Shown piece by piece: positions 1-19,666 of a stretch of DNA of 64,000 nt. The DNA is from Adineta vaga (lineage: Eukaryota > Animalia > Rotifera), in contig CP075495.1 in assembly GCA_021613535.1 (NCBI GenBank), positions 1,922,001 to 1,986,000 on the forward strand, given 5' to 3'. Under the pieces are notes generated by a model. That model was not told where the DNA came from and ran no database searches. It saw nothing but the letters and a program-made list of their open reading frames with translations. Position 1 is the first letter of the stretch. Every line of letters begins with the position of its first letter. A program made the translations under genes and the position numbers.

Positions 1-45
1 ATTTTTCTTTCTTTTTCTTATAGAAATATTTTTTTTCTTTTTTAG

Positions 46-6593
<6,548 letters not shown>

Positions 6594-6925
6594 AATGCCT
6601 AAAAAATCATCACCAGTGATTCTATCTTCTGTATAATAGAACATTTTTGTCTTGCTGTTGTTATTGTGATTTGTTCTTTATTCTTTTTCTTTCTCAACGA
6701 GAAAATAAATTGTCATCAATCTGACGCCATCTATCTCATCGTTTTTCATTCGTCAATTAATCTAACAAATATAGAGATTACATATGAGAATGAGAAATAT
6801 ATATATACACTTATTTGAATCATTATTATTTCACTTTATTTCTAGATTGTTCTCATTAATATATAAGAAAACAGACTAAAAATCGAAATAATTTTATTTG
6901 AATTTTTTACTTTTACTTTCAAACA

Positions 6926-9388
6926 ATGAGTGAAAATAACAATGAACAAATGGATCTTGAAACAAATACAGCAAGTAACACTGTTGAACCTGCAACTGTA
7001 ACAAGTCCAAAAAATGATACAAATAATACATCAAATTTGAAATTAACGATAAAAACACCTAAGGATAAAAAAGATATAACAATCGATGGTTCGTCATCTG
7101 TAAAACAGGTAATGTTGATAGGATAAAAAAAAATCATCTTTTTATATCTTGTTTTATCAGTTGAAAGATGTTGTGGCAAATGAGTTTGGTACATCAATTG
7201 ATCAAATTTGTCTAATTTATTCGGGTAAAATTCTTAAAGACGATGAAGATCTTAAAAAACATGGTAAGAATAGGTCAATGTAAAATTTCATATGATAATA
7301 TTTTTTTATTGTTAACTGAATAGATATCAAAGATGGTGTTACTATTCATTTGGTTATTCGTGCACCTAAAAATGAAACAAATACATCTGCTGGTGCAGCA
7401 ACAGCCACGCCTGCAAGTGATACACAAGCGTCTGCTACCCAAGCGAATACAGCACAACCAAATCTAGGTGGTTTTCCATTTGGTCCTGCACCTGGAATGG
7501 GAAATTTAAATTTCGCGAATACAAATTTTCATGATATGCAACAACAACTTCAACAACAAGTAAAGATTTCTAAACTATGCAAAAAAAGAAAGATTTTTCT
7601 ATCGAAAAAGTAAAGAATGAGCTTTCCGGATTCTTGTACGTAGCTTGTCATCATTTACTTCCGTGTTAATTGAAACTATTCATTATATTGAAATTTTCTT
7701 TTCAAAGATCATGAGTGATCCAGCTCAACTCCGTCAATTGATGGATAGTCCTATGGTACAAAGTATAACGAGTAATCCCGATTTATTGCGTTCATTATTG
7801 CTTAGCAATCCACAAATGCGAGATTTAATGGAGGTAAATTTGTTTGAATTGTTCTTTATTTTTCTATGAAATATATATAAATATGTATAGCGTAATCCGG
7901 AAATATCACATTTACTGAATAATCCTGATTTACTTCGTCAAACAATGGATTATGCTCGTAATCCATCAGCATTACAAGAATTGATGCGGAATCATGATCG
8001 AGCTTTAAGCAATCTTGAAGTAAATATTCTATCTTCGGAAAGTTTTTTGCAAGAAATTGTATCAATTCGAATTTTAGAGTATTCCAGGTGGATTTAATGC
8101 TTTACAACGTATTTATCAAGATGTTCAAGAACCAATGTATTCCGCAGCACAAGAACAATTTGGAAATAATCCATTTGCCCAATTGTTTACTGGAAATGGT
8201 AAGATAAAATATAATTCATTATTTTTTTTATTCATATCTCTCCTTTTATCCATAGAAAATAATACTGCCCCTCGTACAGAAAATACTGGTCCATTACCAA
8301 ATCCTTGGGCACCTCGTGGTACCGGCACTGCAGCTGGAGTAGCCACTCGTCAACCACAACAACAACAACAGCAACCAACTAATGCAACCAATAATCAACA
8401 ACAATCAGCATCAGTTATTCCAACGGGTGCCGCTGGTAGTTCACCAAGTTTAATCTCTCCAATGATGCAAGATTATATGTCACAATTAGTTCAAAATCCT
8501 CGTTTACTTGAAAGTGTTCTCAATGCGCCGTACATGCAACCACTTATGGATTCACTTGCTGCTAATCCTGAAATATCTAGACAAATGGTTGCAAACAATC
8601 CAATGTTTGCTGATAATCCCGCATTACGTGAACAGATGATGAATGCCTTACCAGCAATGATGGAACAAATGAGAAATCCAGAAGTGCAAGCCTTAATGCA
8701 AAATCGTGAAGCACTTGAAGCAATTACACAAGTTCAAGAAGGTTCATTAATTCATTGATAGTTATGAAATCTTGACGGAATATTTTTCATTTTAGGTCTT
8801 CAACGTTTACATACAGCAGCACCTAATCTTTTTCAAGCGTAAGTTTTATCTATTACTAAAAAAACATATAATCAATTGTATTAAATCGAAATGTATTTTT
8901 CTAGTGGTGGTTTACCTGCAGGTCTTCGCTTTGGTCCAACAGGTTTAGCTTCACCAGCAGCACCCGGTACTTCAATAAATCCAACATCAACACCATCAAC
9001 TTCTTCAACATCAACTGGTCAACCAGCACCACCAGGTACTAATCGTACTGTACCATCTTCTACTGATCCAAGTAATTATGCAGGTGTCTTTGCGCAAATG
9101 TTAAATATGATGTCCAATCAAAATATTGTATGTTTAAATTTAGTCATTCATTCTTTTCTATTCTATTCTTTGTTTTATTTAATCAAATAGAATACGCCAC
9201 CTGATCAACGTTATGCTGTTCAATTAGAACAACTTGCCACCATGGGTTTTACAAATCGTGAAGCAAATCTACAAGGTAAATACATTCATTTTTTATTATT
9301 TTCAAATTGAATTCTATCTATTTCAGCATTAACGGCAACCATGGGAGATGTAAATGCAGCAGTCGAACGACTTCTTGCCCAAATCTAA
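6926..9388 (+). CDS. UBQLN: Ubiquilin (UBL-STI1-UBA)
   Basis: UBL ([12 protein letters not shown]...[10 protein letters not shown]...[10 protein letters not shown]), STI1 repeats ([27 protein letters not shown]), PLPNPW motif and C-terminal UBA ([35 protein letters not shown]). Multi-exon, TAA at 9386-9388. Confidence 0.96.
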
Positions 9389-11767
9389 CTTTTACAATAT
9401 ATTAATTCTAACTTTTTTTCTTTCTTGGTTATGCTATAAAAATGTCTTCTTCCTTTTCTTCTTTGAATCATCTTTGCTCGGTTTCTCTAATCTATATAGA
9501 TTTCATTTTCGCTAAAGAGCAATATTACACACAACATATATAAATATATATTGACGAGCATTTTGTTTGTTCATTTCTTTCGTTCTTTCTCTCCTTTTTT
9601 TTTAATGTGTGGATATGGATATTTGATTGGAAACAAAACAGATAAGAATTATTAGAGAAAGAAAAAAAACAGAAAAAACAATTCATAAAAACTCCGATCT
9701 CTTGTTACTGTTGTTGTGTGTTGCTTGTGTATGTGTATTCATCATGTTTATATAAAGTAAAAGAAAGCTCACTTTTCAATTTGAAAAGAAGATATTAGAA
9801 TGAATGATAAGACTTGTTTTATATATGAATGAAAAAGAAATTCTAACTATCAAAGCAAGTAATGTATGTGTGTATTGAGATTCTCACCTAAACGGTTTGA
9901 TCATTTATTTCTATTGATTTAAATGGTATGAAGTGATTTTCATACGATCAGAAAGAACTACGTCCCTAGAGAACATTCATATCTAATCTTGATATGCAAT
10001 GTTTTGCTTTCATAAAGTTCAATCGTTAATTGATTATTCGAACAAACGTTTCTACTTGAATAACTAATTTGATATACCGATGCAACAAATAATGTTGATT
10101 TGATGGAAAGTTACATGAAATGACAATATAAATCATATCGAACCAATCAATACTGCCTCATTGAATAGAAAATGAAATCTTAAAAGAATAATCATATTAG
10201 AAGAAAAAAAAGCAAAATGAGAACTTTTCTCACTCTAAAATATAATTAAACACCTTATGTTTCTATATATTCTCGTCTATAGAAAACAACATAACCAATT
10301 GAACTCAAGAAAAAAATTCAAGTATCTTATGTTTGAAACATGTATTTAACATATACACACCCACTAGAGAGAGGAAAAAACACAAGTAACAAGAGAATTG
10401 AATGATTTCATCGACATGTCATCCACTCAATAGAAAATATATACAGATCACGAGACATATGTTCTCTTCTTACAATATAGATTTATGAGAGAGGGGCGGT
10501 CATCGACACCTAATTAGTTATAATTACTCAGAAGACTGGTGTGACTTTGATTCGGCATATATATATATATTTCCTTTCTTTCGCGTAGATACATGTGCTC
10601 ATATATAGCCGAAAGGCTTGCTCCATATGTGAAGTAAATTCACGGTTGAACAATATGTTTGATCCATAGAATATGAAGATTTCTTCTAATGTTCATTACA
10701 CACTTATGTATATAGGTATATCGTTTATTGAAATGAATAAGAAAAGAAAAAAAAAGAGGTCCTTTTGATTCGGATAAAGGCGGTTTAAGTGTGACAAATA
10801 AGCGAAGATAATAATAAATATATATAGAGAGATTTTATTGACAATAGAAGAAAGTATTGAAACAAGTTGCAATCGATTTTTATTGAATATTCAAACATAA
10901 CTCAAATGGCAACGTTATTTCTCAATTATCAAGTGACCAATAATGAACACATCACAAACAGGATGGTTTTTTTTTCACACGATCATTGAAGTTACTTCAG
11001 AGACGAAAACGGTATTCATTCTTCTTGTAATGTTCATTTCTACACTTCATTATATCGTTCTCGAACATAGAAACGATTGATTTCAATATTCTTATGTCAT
11101 TCATCATCTTACTAATTCTATCAAATGTGAGAATAACAAGAAAACAAGCTGTTCTCTTTCGAGTTCATCAGTCGCCTGCCATTGTTGACTAATCTAACAT
11201 CAATCATTTGCGCTTCGTCAATCTTCAACTAGTTCGTTCTTCATGACATCATTTTTTCTTCATCGTGTTCCTCTCTCTCTATATATATATATATCTATAT
11301 ACTTTCTCTTTATCCATACTTTCTGTTTTTTTCTGCTTAGTCTAATACCAACACGTACTCATCTTGGTTTATTTTTATTATTCAAAAAGAAAAAAACAGA
11401 TGTAACTATATTATTCTTAATCACATGATTTCATTTATCCGTGTTTTTTTGTTTAATTTTTCAAGAAAAAAAGAAACAAACGTGGTACGCGATATACATA
11501 TATCATTCATCGAACGAATCGCATGTAATATATCTAATGTGAAAATGTGTGTGTGTGTTGTTTTTTTTTGAAATCGAACATTTAATGAATATTCGTTTTG
11601 CTTTTGAAAAATGTATGCAGGTGACCAACTGTTCACTATCTTTTCTTTTTCTACGATAATTGTCGCGCACGAGCACACACTTCACTCACGGAAATAGTTA
11701 TAGGCAGCTGTTCAATAATTTTCTTTTATTTTTAGAACGAAAAACATTTATCATTTCGAACAAAACA

Positions 11768-14724
11768 ATGACAAAAATTGTATCAAGGTAAGCCGTTTTA
11801 ATCATTAGATAGAGAAACGTATTCTTCAATCTTTTTTGTTACACTTGATCAACGTACTTTCATCAAACCGTTTAGACTCGCTCGTGCTTCTATGTTTGTA
11901 TGATAGATGAAGTGTGTTGTCTGTCCAATCCCTCAAGCCATTTCTCGCCTTTGATGCAAAAGAGAGAGAGAGGAAGGAGAGAAAATTCTCTCTCTCTCTG
12001 TTTCTCTTTCGTCGGAAAAAGAGATAATATTGCATACCTGAAAAAAAAGAGAAGTGTACAGAGATTGGTTAACAGAATCTATTGGTGGGTGGATGATAGC
12101 GGAACTATTTCATCCATTACATTGCATAGACGAACAATCTTCGACATTCTCTCTCGCTTTCATCGATTCTCTCTGGTATATGTGTGTTTATTCAGCACTG
12201 TACATATACATTCATCAGTAGCATCGTACGAAGAAAAAACAAAATCTTTCAAATCATCAAACGAAAACAACGAAGATAATCTTTTTTTTCTTCTTTTATT
12301 CCGATCTAACTTATCTATCTATCTCTTCTTTAACACCTTGATTATTGTGTTTGTCTTTGCTTAATTATTTGAAACACAAAAAAAAAGCTAGACATATTTA
12401 TACAAAATGATCACCGCTAGCAATCTAATTGAGCCGGCACGATTCAAGTAAGTAAGTGAATATATATACGCTGATAAAACGTTTGATGACACATGTGTCG
12501 ACAATTGTAAAGATACACAAAAGCAATCATATCGTTTTTTCTCTCTTTGTCATTGTATTTTCAATCATTTATTTGTTTCTACCACCACCACATGTGATGG
12601 ACCATCGCCACACGAAGATCATTTCTTATTAAGCTCGAAACAAACAACATGTCTTGTTTGCTCATCGAATTAACTTCTGTGTTTGTGTGTGTGTGTGTGT
12701 GTATGATGTAACGTTTTTTTTATATTGATGATTGTTGTTACTTGATCTATTCTGTTCTCGGCAATCGTCACTATTATGATTTGAATCTATTAACTTAACT
12801 TTTTTCTTCTTGTCTTCTTTTAAAATAGTATGCCATCTGGTTGGCCAACATCATTGCAACTTGTTAAAGATCTTGATCGAACAAGTTGTTCGATTAAATC
12901 CGAAGAATCAACATCAACCGATGAATTAGATGATGATCAAAATAATGATGGAGAAGGTGTTTGGAGTCCAGATATTGAACAAAGTTTTCATGTAAGAATT
13001 GTTTCATTATTGTTACTTGTTTTTTTCTCTCTTCATATGAAACACATATGTAAATTAATTTAGGAAGCATTAGCTATTTATCCACCATGTGGTCGAAGAA
13101 AAATTATTCTATCCGATGAAGGAAAAATGTTTGGAAGAAATGAATTAATTTCACGTTATATTAAAATGCGTACGGGTAAATCACGTACAAGAAAACAAGT
13201 CTCATCACATATACAAGTTCTTGCTAAACGAAAATCCAAAGAACTTCAATCATTATTTAAGGATACGAATTTAAAAGAACAACATCGTCCATTTGTTATG
13301 AATCAACATTATCATCAATTACGTGATTCAACAACATCATCACTAATGCATGATGGTACTTCACCTTATTATACACATCGAACTGCTGTATCACTTTTTT
13401 CTCCACAAACAAATATGAATATAACATCAGCATCATCATCTTCATCACCATTTAAACCGACTGCAACTCTTTCTCCATATTCATCACCGTCAACAATTGT
13501 TTGTTTTAAAAGAAATCTTTTTTCTTCATTCATTTATCAAACTTTTCTTTCTAGAGTCTTTGGCAACAACCAACAACACCCTATCTTGAGTAAGTTATTT
13601 AGTAGGAAAAGAAACATCAACAAAGTATTCTTTTTATTTTTAGTATTAAACCATATTCTCCATCTTCGACAATAGCACTTGATCTAATCCCAACTGCAAG
13701 TACAACCAATTCATTAACGACACGTTTCATTAGTTCAAATCGAATGAAATTAGTCGAGTTTGCTGCATATATTGAATCAAAACGTGATATTGATTCCGTA
13801 AGTCAAAACAATTGTTCTTCTTATTCAATTTCTGTTGTTTTTATAATTTAGAGACATTATTTTCTTCATATCAGTCAAGAAGCTGGTACTGATCTTAAAC
13901 CTGAAGTAAGAATTCTTTTGAAATTCATTACATACAATATCTCACATATTCTATTTGTCTTTTTCATTGTCAAGCGTATCAAAGTGAGCCAAATCATCGA
14001 TCTATTTCCAATGCTAAAAGACCTCTACGACAAAGGACCACAAGATGCTTTTTATGTTGTTAAAGTTTGGGTAAAACATTCATCTCTTATCGTTTCTAAT
14101 TTTCTATGCGATAAAATGGTTTCCTTCGTCTAGGTCAATATGAATTATCAAGATTCTAATACAAATACATATCATTATTCTTCACTGTAAATTACAAATA
14201 ATAAAAAACGTTTTCTTTTTTTTTATTGAGTTTTTCTTTTTGAAAATTTTAGTTTTGAAAGTTCAGAAGATAATCTAAACATTACAGTTACAACGAAAGC
14301 TTGTTCATTTGGAAATACTACTGCTGAAAAAATTGAAGTATATACATTCTATATCTATTGATCGGAATTCTCCTAAAATCTAGTTTTGATTTAGAATGGT
14401 ATAACAAAATATAATGATATGATGGGTAAATGTGTTCATCGTTCAATGGATTCAACAATGTGCAGTTTTATGACTGAATTTATCAAAAAACTGAAAACGG
14501 GAATGTATATGCGAGAAGTGATGAATGCTGTTCTTGAACATTTAGGTGTTCTTCAAGTAAGAAATTGTTCACATTTGATTATTTGAAATGTATTTCTCTT
14601 CTTCTAGACGATCGTATCGAAAGAAACGGATGAATTACTTTTATGTATTGCATATATCTTTGAAATAAGTGAATCATCATCCTTAGGTGGAACACAATCA
14701 GCTGCTTATCGTTTATGCGATTAG
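11768..14724 (+). CDS. TEAD: TEA-domain transcription factor (TEAD/scalloped)
   Basis: TEA domain [70 protein letters not shown]-binding domain ([32 protein letters not shown] with the palmitoylation-site Cys, [10 protein letters not shown]). TAG at 14722-14724. First coding exon uncertain: 11768-11787 or 12407-12447, or ATG at 12830. Confidence 0.95.
12684..12702. repeat. (TG)n microsatellite in TEAD intron
   Basis: Perfect TG run seen directly. Confidence 0.8.
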
Positions 14725-15901
14725 AACTGTTTCTTTTTCTTTTAAAAAAAAAGATCATGCCAATAATGGCTGTGCAGATATATTGATCATTCACTTCATT
14801 TTTTCTTCTTCCCTTTCAGCATCATACTGTTTTGTTTTTGTTCTTTTTCTCTCTCTCTGCCTATTAATATTCTTCTTGAACATGTAGTTTGTTTTTCGTT
14901 TGCTTTTTCGTTTGGCTTGTACCACTACCCGCTTCTTCATATTGCTGCTATCATTTTCATTTTTGTTCTTGTCTCTAATAAATTATTTTTCAAGATTCTC
15001 TCTTTGCCCTAATTTGATTCGTTCGTTCGTTTTTTTAATCTATATGGACATTCCAGTGTCTATCGATAGAGATGATTGTGTCTTGAAGAAAAACAAATCG
15101 ACGGTGATTTATTGACTTGTGTCAGACGAAACAAAGTTAATTTACCATATCGTTGATCTTCTCTTTTTGCTGCCTTTCTCATCCAATTTATCTATATCGA
15201 AGAAAGAATTCATCTTGAATAGAAGCAAAAAAAAGTATTTATTCTATGTTCTTGGTTTTAATGAGAATGTAAGACAAGCTCCAGTTGTAAAAACATTACA
15301 ATGGTGACGAAAAAAGGAAATGGATAGATGATTGACGAGAGAAGAGAAGGCGTGTTAATTGCTGCATTGAGGAAAAGATCAGCAATGATAGAATCGCAAT
15401 GAACGCGCAAATGATCGAACAGTTAAGATTTGTTTGCCATGATAACATCGACACACCAGTTGTCAGTGACGATGATCGATGGAGTGTGTCGTCGTCATCA
15501 GTATTGTTAATGTTATTCAGTACTGTCTAATTTATATCGACATGTATGATACTATTAGAAAGAAAAAGATAAGACGAGATACATCTCGACACCTACGGTG
15601 CGTTGATTGACGCCAATGAAGAAAATTGAAAACAATACAAGAGAATGATCGATAAAAATTGTCTTCTTGTCCTTTGATTAGTACGAACATATTGGAACTG
15701 ATGATTATGTAAAGAATCTCAATGTAGAACAATGTACTTCAAAATCATTATGTAATTCATCAAGATAGAATGTCGAAAATATGCGAAGGACTACTGAGTT
15801 AGAATTATTGTATCGATTTCTAATCATATTTCAACGTTCTCTACTAAACCTTGTATGTAACAAGACATCGATGATTTTATGAAAAATTATATAGATAAAT
15901 T

Positions 15902-16913
15902 TCAATTATTTGAATATACAAATGATGCAAAACCACAAACATCTTTTCCACGTTTCATCACTTCTGAACTAACATGATAGCAAAGAAGATTCCATTGTCC
16001 TTTGTTCTTGTTCAATAATAGCGATAAAATCATGATGATTAATGATGACCATAAACCACACATGGTATTTTGAGTAATTTGTTGAGTTTGAAATAATTGT
16101 TCAGCATCATTTGATAGAATCGATTGTAAAATTGATTTATCATGAAGACGAGCATATTCTTCATTTTCCAATAAATTTTCTGCTTGACTATTTCCATAAC
16201 CAGGACCATAATGTGTATAATCTGTTGTTGAGATAATTGCTAAGCGTTTACCTAGAAATATATATATACATGTAAATCAACAGAAAACTTATTAAATGTT
16301 TAAGAAAACCTGTTTGCTGTTGATAGGAATGAATGATTTGTTGAATTTGTTGACATACTTGTTGACCTTTGTTTAGATCTTTTAATCTTGAAAATGATAA
16401 TGCAATCAATTTAATATTTGGTCGAAGATGTTTTAAAAATGGCAATTGATTTTCTATTGAATGTTCCTTTCGATGGGCTTCACGATCAATAATTTCAATA
16501 CCAAATACGGATACACATGTCTTATATAAATCTGTATCAATATCTACAACACCAATAGGCGTTTGCCAATGATCGGGAGAAAGACTAATATTTGATGAAC
16601 CTGTTCCACTGTGATTTGTTCCAATAATTAGTACGGTATCGAAAACAAATGAATTAATCCACTGATAAGCATGAGCATAAACGGGTCCTGAATCACAATA
16701 AGCACCATGTGGTACAAGCATACAAGGAATAAATGATGTGTCATTGTTAGTCGTAGGTAAGAATTGAACTGGTAATTGACCAGGTCCTAATCGATGTAAA
16801 TATGAAGAGAGAATTTCTTGTAAACATTCAGATTTATCAGATGAATAATAATAACATAGTGGAGAACGAATATTCATTTGTGGTACACAAGATGAATTTT
16901 GATTACTAGCCAT
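15902..16913 (-). CDS. MEMO1 / AmmeMemoRadiSam protein B family protein (prokaryote-type sequence)
   Basis: Two exons (16913-16310, 16251-15902). Motifs VPHGAYCDSGPVYAHAY, IIGTNHSG, WQTPIGVVDID, AHRKEHSIENQLPFL, STTDYTHYGPGYG, TMCG, VCGFAS. Confidence 0.9.
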
Positions 16914-17906
16914 ATTAAAATTGAGTATAATTGATAGTTATAAATATTGAACTAGATGCGTTTTTATTTCATAGATTTTCCTTATTATGACGTATTATAT
17001 AAAATTGTTTTAAAAGAACAAATTAAATCAATTCTTATGTAATATGAATGAATAAGTCAATATAATAGATTTATTTATGCTACAAATAGTTAACCAATCA
17101 GATGTACAGTCCATATTTTATGAAATTCATTTTCATCATATCACATATCTACATCTATATCGTTTTCTCAAATTCGACTACTTTCATAGAAAAATGGAAT
17201 CGTGAAAGAATATTCAGAACTTCATATAAAATGAATTATGGTATAGAAATATTCTATCAGATGTAGACAAAACAACATGACATCCGTCTGCAATAAGAGT
17301 TAAATAGGTAGAATAAGATGAATAACAAGAGAATACCTACAGAGAGAAGTATTTAAGGTATGACATTGGACATTGGTATGTTTTTGTCACGTTGTAAGAA
17401 AATGATTTTAATTAATGCGGATCTCGATTTTAATAAAAAGAAATTCTATATGATAAATTCAGATTTTTTCTCTCTCAATTGCTCCCACGTATTTTCATGG
17501 AACTTCGAAAATTTGTGTAATTGACTGTAGAAATCACTAAAGACAGCTACTGAGTACCATAGAATTACATTAATCACCTCTTTTAATCTTTGGAATAGTT
17601 AGTCAAATGAGAAAAAAGATTGCACAAATTTCATATAAATTCTTGTCAGTACAATGTAATCAAATTAGTTTAATAGTGTATAGGAATAATATTAACAAAA
17701 GCATTTCGCTCGATATCCTATTATTTCAAAACTAACCAATAGTTCACAGTTATTCATCTTGATAATTCTAGGTCATGTCAAAGTTGCATTTATTATTTCA
17801 AATCATGACATCCGGTTTCTATTCGTTAACATTTTAATAACATTTATTATGAAAAACTTTAAAAGCATCAGCTTTCTCTCAAATAAACATCATATTGAAA
17901 TAAACC

Positions 17907-18873
17907 ATGTCCGATTCGTTAGCGCAAATGATTATTACACTTCAACCATTATCTTACCTATAATTATTATTCTTGGTACTATAGGTAATTCACTCAATAT
18001 TGCCGTATTAACTCACGAACTTTATACAAGCATGCATGTTCGAGATATTTTCTTGCTCTTTCAAGCAATAATCTATTCTTTTCAAGTGTTACATTTACCA
18101 TTAGTTTGTTGGCGGATGGATATAAAATTCAAATAACCAACACTTCTACAGCTGGTTGCAAGATTTATTCTTATATTAGTAGTTTATGTGCTTTTATTTC
18201 ACCATATGTAATTGTATTGGCTTCAATGGATCGTTGTTGTGCAAGTTCAGCTAATGCAAGAATGCGTAGATTTAATAATATTCGAGTAGCAAATTTGATG
18301 ATTTGTTTTGTCATCATTGTATTTGCTTTGATCTTTATACATATTCTACTTATGACTCAAATAGTTCCAGAATTTGGATATATTTGTTTAATACAAGCTG
18401 AGACACTTTATTATCAAGTATATATTATCATACAAGTTTTGCTCTTTGCTGTTGTTCCACCATTTTTAATGATATTATTTGGTATAATAACTATTAAAAA
18501 TTCAAAACAAACACGTGTTGTTCCAGTTGCAATTTCACGTTTTAATCGTACAGAAAATCAACTTGCTCGAATGTTATTCTTTCAAGTTGGTATACACATA
18601 TTTCTTACTTTACCAACAAGTGTCACTTATCTTATATCAACTATATCCAATCCTATTCGTACTATACCTATCTTTTCGTTTCTCTCTAGTATTGCTACAT
18701 TTCTTTTCAGATTTTCTGTTGTTACACCTTTCTTTTCCTATATTCTCTCGAGTCGTGTCTACAGACACCAGTTTTTTCGAGTATTTCGTACACTATGTTC
18801 AACATACATTCTTCATCAAGGTGAGCATTCCCTTAATCGAAGTGTTGAACCAGCAAATATATCAACAACTTAG
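17907..18873 (+). pseudogene. Rhodopsin-class 7TM receptor, broken by two -1 frameshifts (or assembly indels)
   Basis: ATG at 17907 gives MSDSLAQMIITL. TM1 (TIILPIIIILGTIGNSLNIAVLT) is in the next frame, and RTLYKHACSRYFLALSSNN...ASMDRCC...PFFSYILSSRVYR is in a third frame. No introns. Confidence 0.8.
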
Positions 18874-19212
18874 TTTGTCAAATAAAGAACGAATCTAGCT
18901 GCATTTTTATTGTTCGTTGAACAGAAATCGGTGACATAATTTTCAAAAAAAAGTGGAAACATACAGAAATGTCATGAGCATCATTATATTTGAGCTTGAT
19001 TTATCCATATAAATTATTTCTGGAAGATAATAATCATAAGTAACGCACGAATGATCATTTTTAGTAAATATAAAGAATTTGTTTCATTAAAAAAAATATA
19101 TTGAAGTAAAAGAACTGAATAAAAATCTGTTAAACGCAATCAACAATAAAATTTCAAAACAAAAAAGAAGAAGAAGAAGAAGAAGCAATTCTGATTATCA
19201 TCGAGTCATAAA

Positions 19213-19666
19213 TTAAAATTGTCGAAAAACAAAGCCAATGATAGAAAATAGAATGAGCATAGCAATGTTCATAGAATAATTTGAATTGGATGAATTACAT
19301 AATTCATCTTGACAACAATACACACCATTACCTTGTGTACAAGTTGTACTATAATCTTTAGTTACTGTACTACCGACTACTCGTTTCTAAATATCATTAG
19401 ATATTATTTTTTCGTAAAAAATTAACAAATTAATCACTTACCACACAGTAGCTACCTCCATTTTCTGTGATAGCTAAACTAGCTTTGCTAGGACTCCATG
19501 TTTGTCCGCAATTGTTACATTTATAACATTGAAATGCTGCATTACTACGTTCAAGAACTAAAGTACAGTCAGAATTTTATGTATATCATTGAAAATAATC
19601 TACAAAAACGAAATTCTTTAACTTACTTGCTACAAGAAGCAAAAAACAGATAAGAAATACTTTCAT
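19213..19666 (-). CDS. Small GPI-anchored Ly6/uPAR (three-finger) protein
   Basis: Exons 19666-19627, 19557-19442, 19386-19213 give MKVFLICFLLLVAILERSNAAFQCYKCNNCGQTWSPSKASLAITENGGSYCVKRVVGSTVTKDYSTTCTQGNGVYCCQDELCNSSNSNYSMNIAMLILFSIIGFVFRQF*. Signal peptide, CxxC start, CCxxxxCN end, hydrophobic GPI-type tail. Absent from the ORF track. Confidence 0.88.

Noticed and set aside
10608-10619. AGCC-GAAA-GGCT tetraloop hairpin
   Set aside because: Only 4 bp and no surrounding ribozyme or ncRNA core.
11243-12364. ORF-track ORFs around the TEAD 5' region, including the 154-aa ORF at 11900
   Set aside because: Low-complexity F/L/K-rich translations of AT- and microsatellite-rich intron/UTR sequence; no motifs.
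15435-15500. SECIS-like or miRNA-like hairpin downstream of TEAD (AUGA...GA, CGACACAC/GTGTGTCG)
   Set aside because: Imperfect stems, no apical AA, and no in-frame UGA in the upstream + strand gene.
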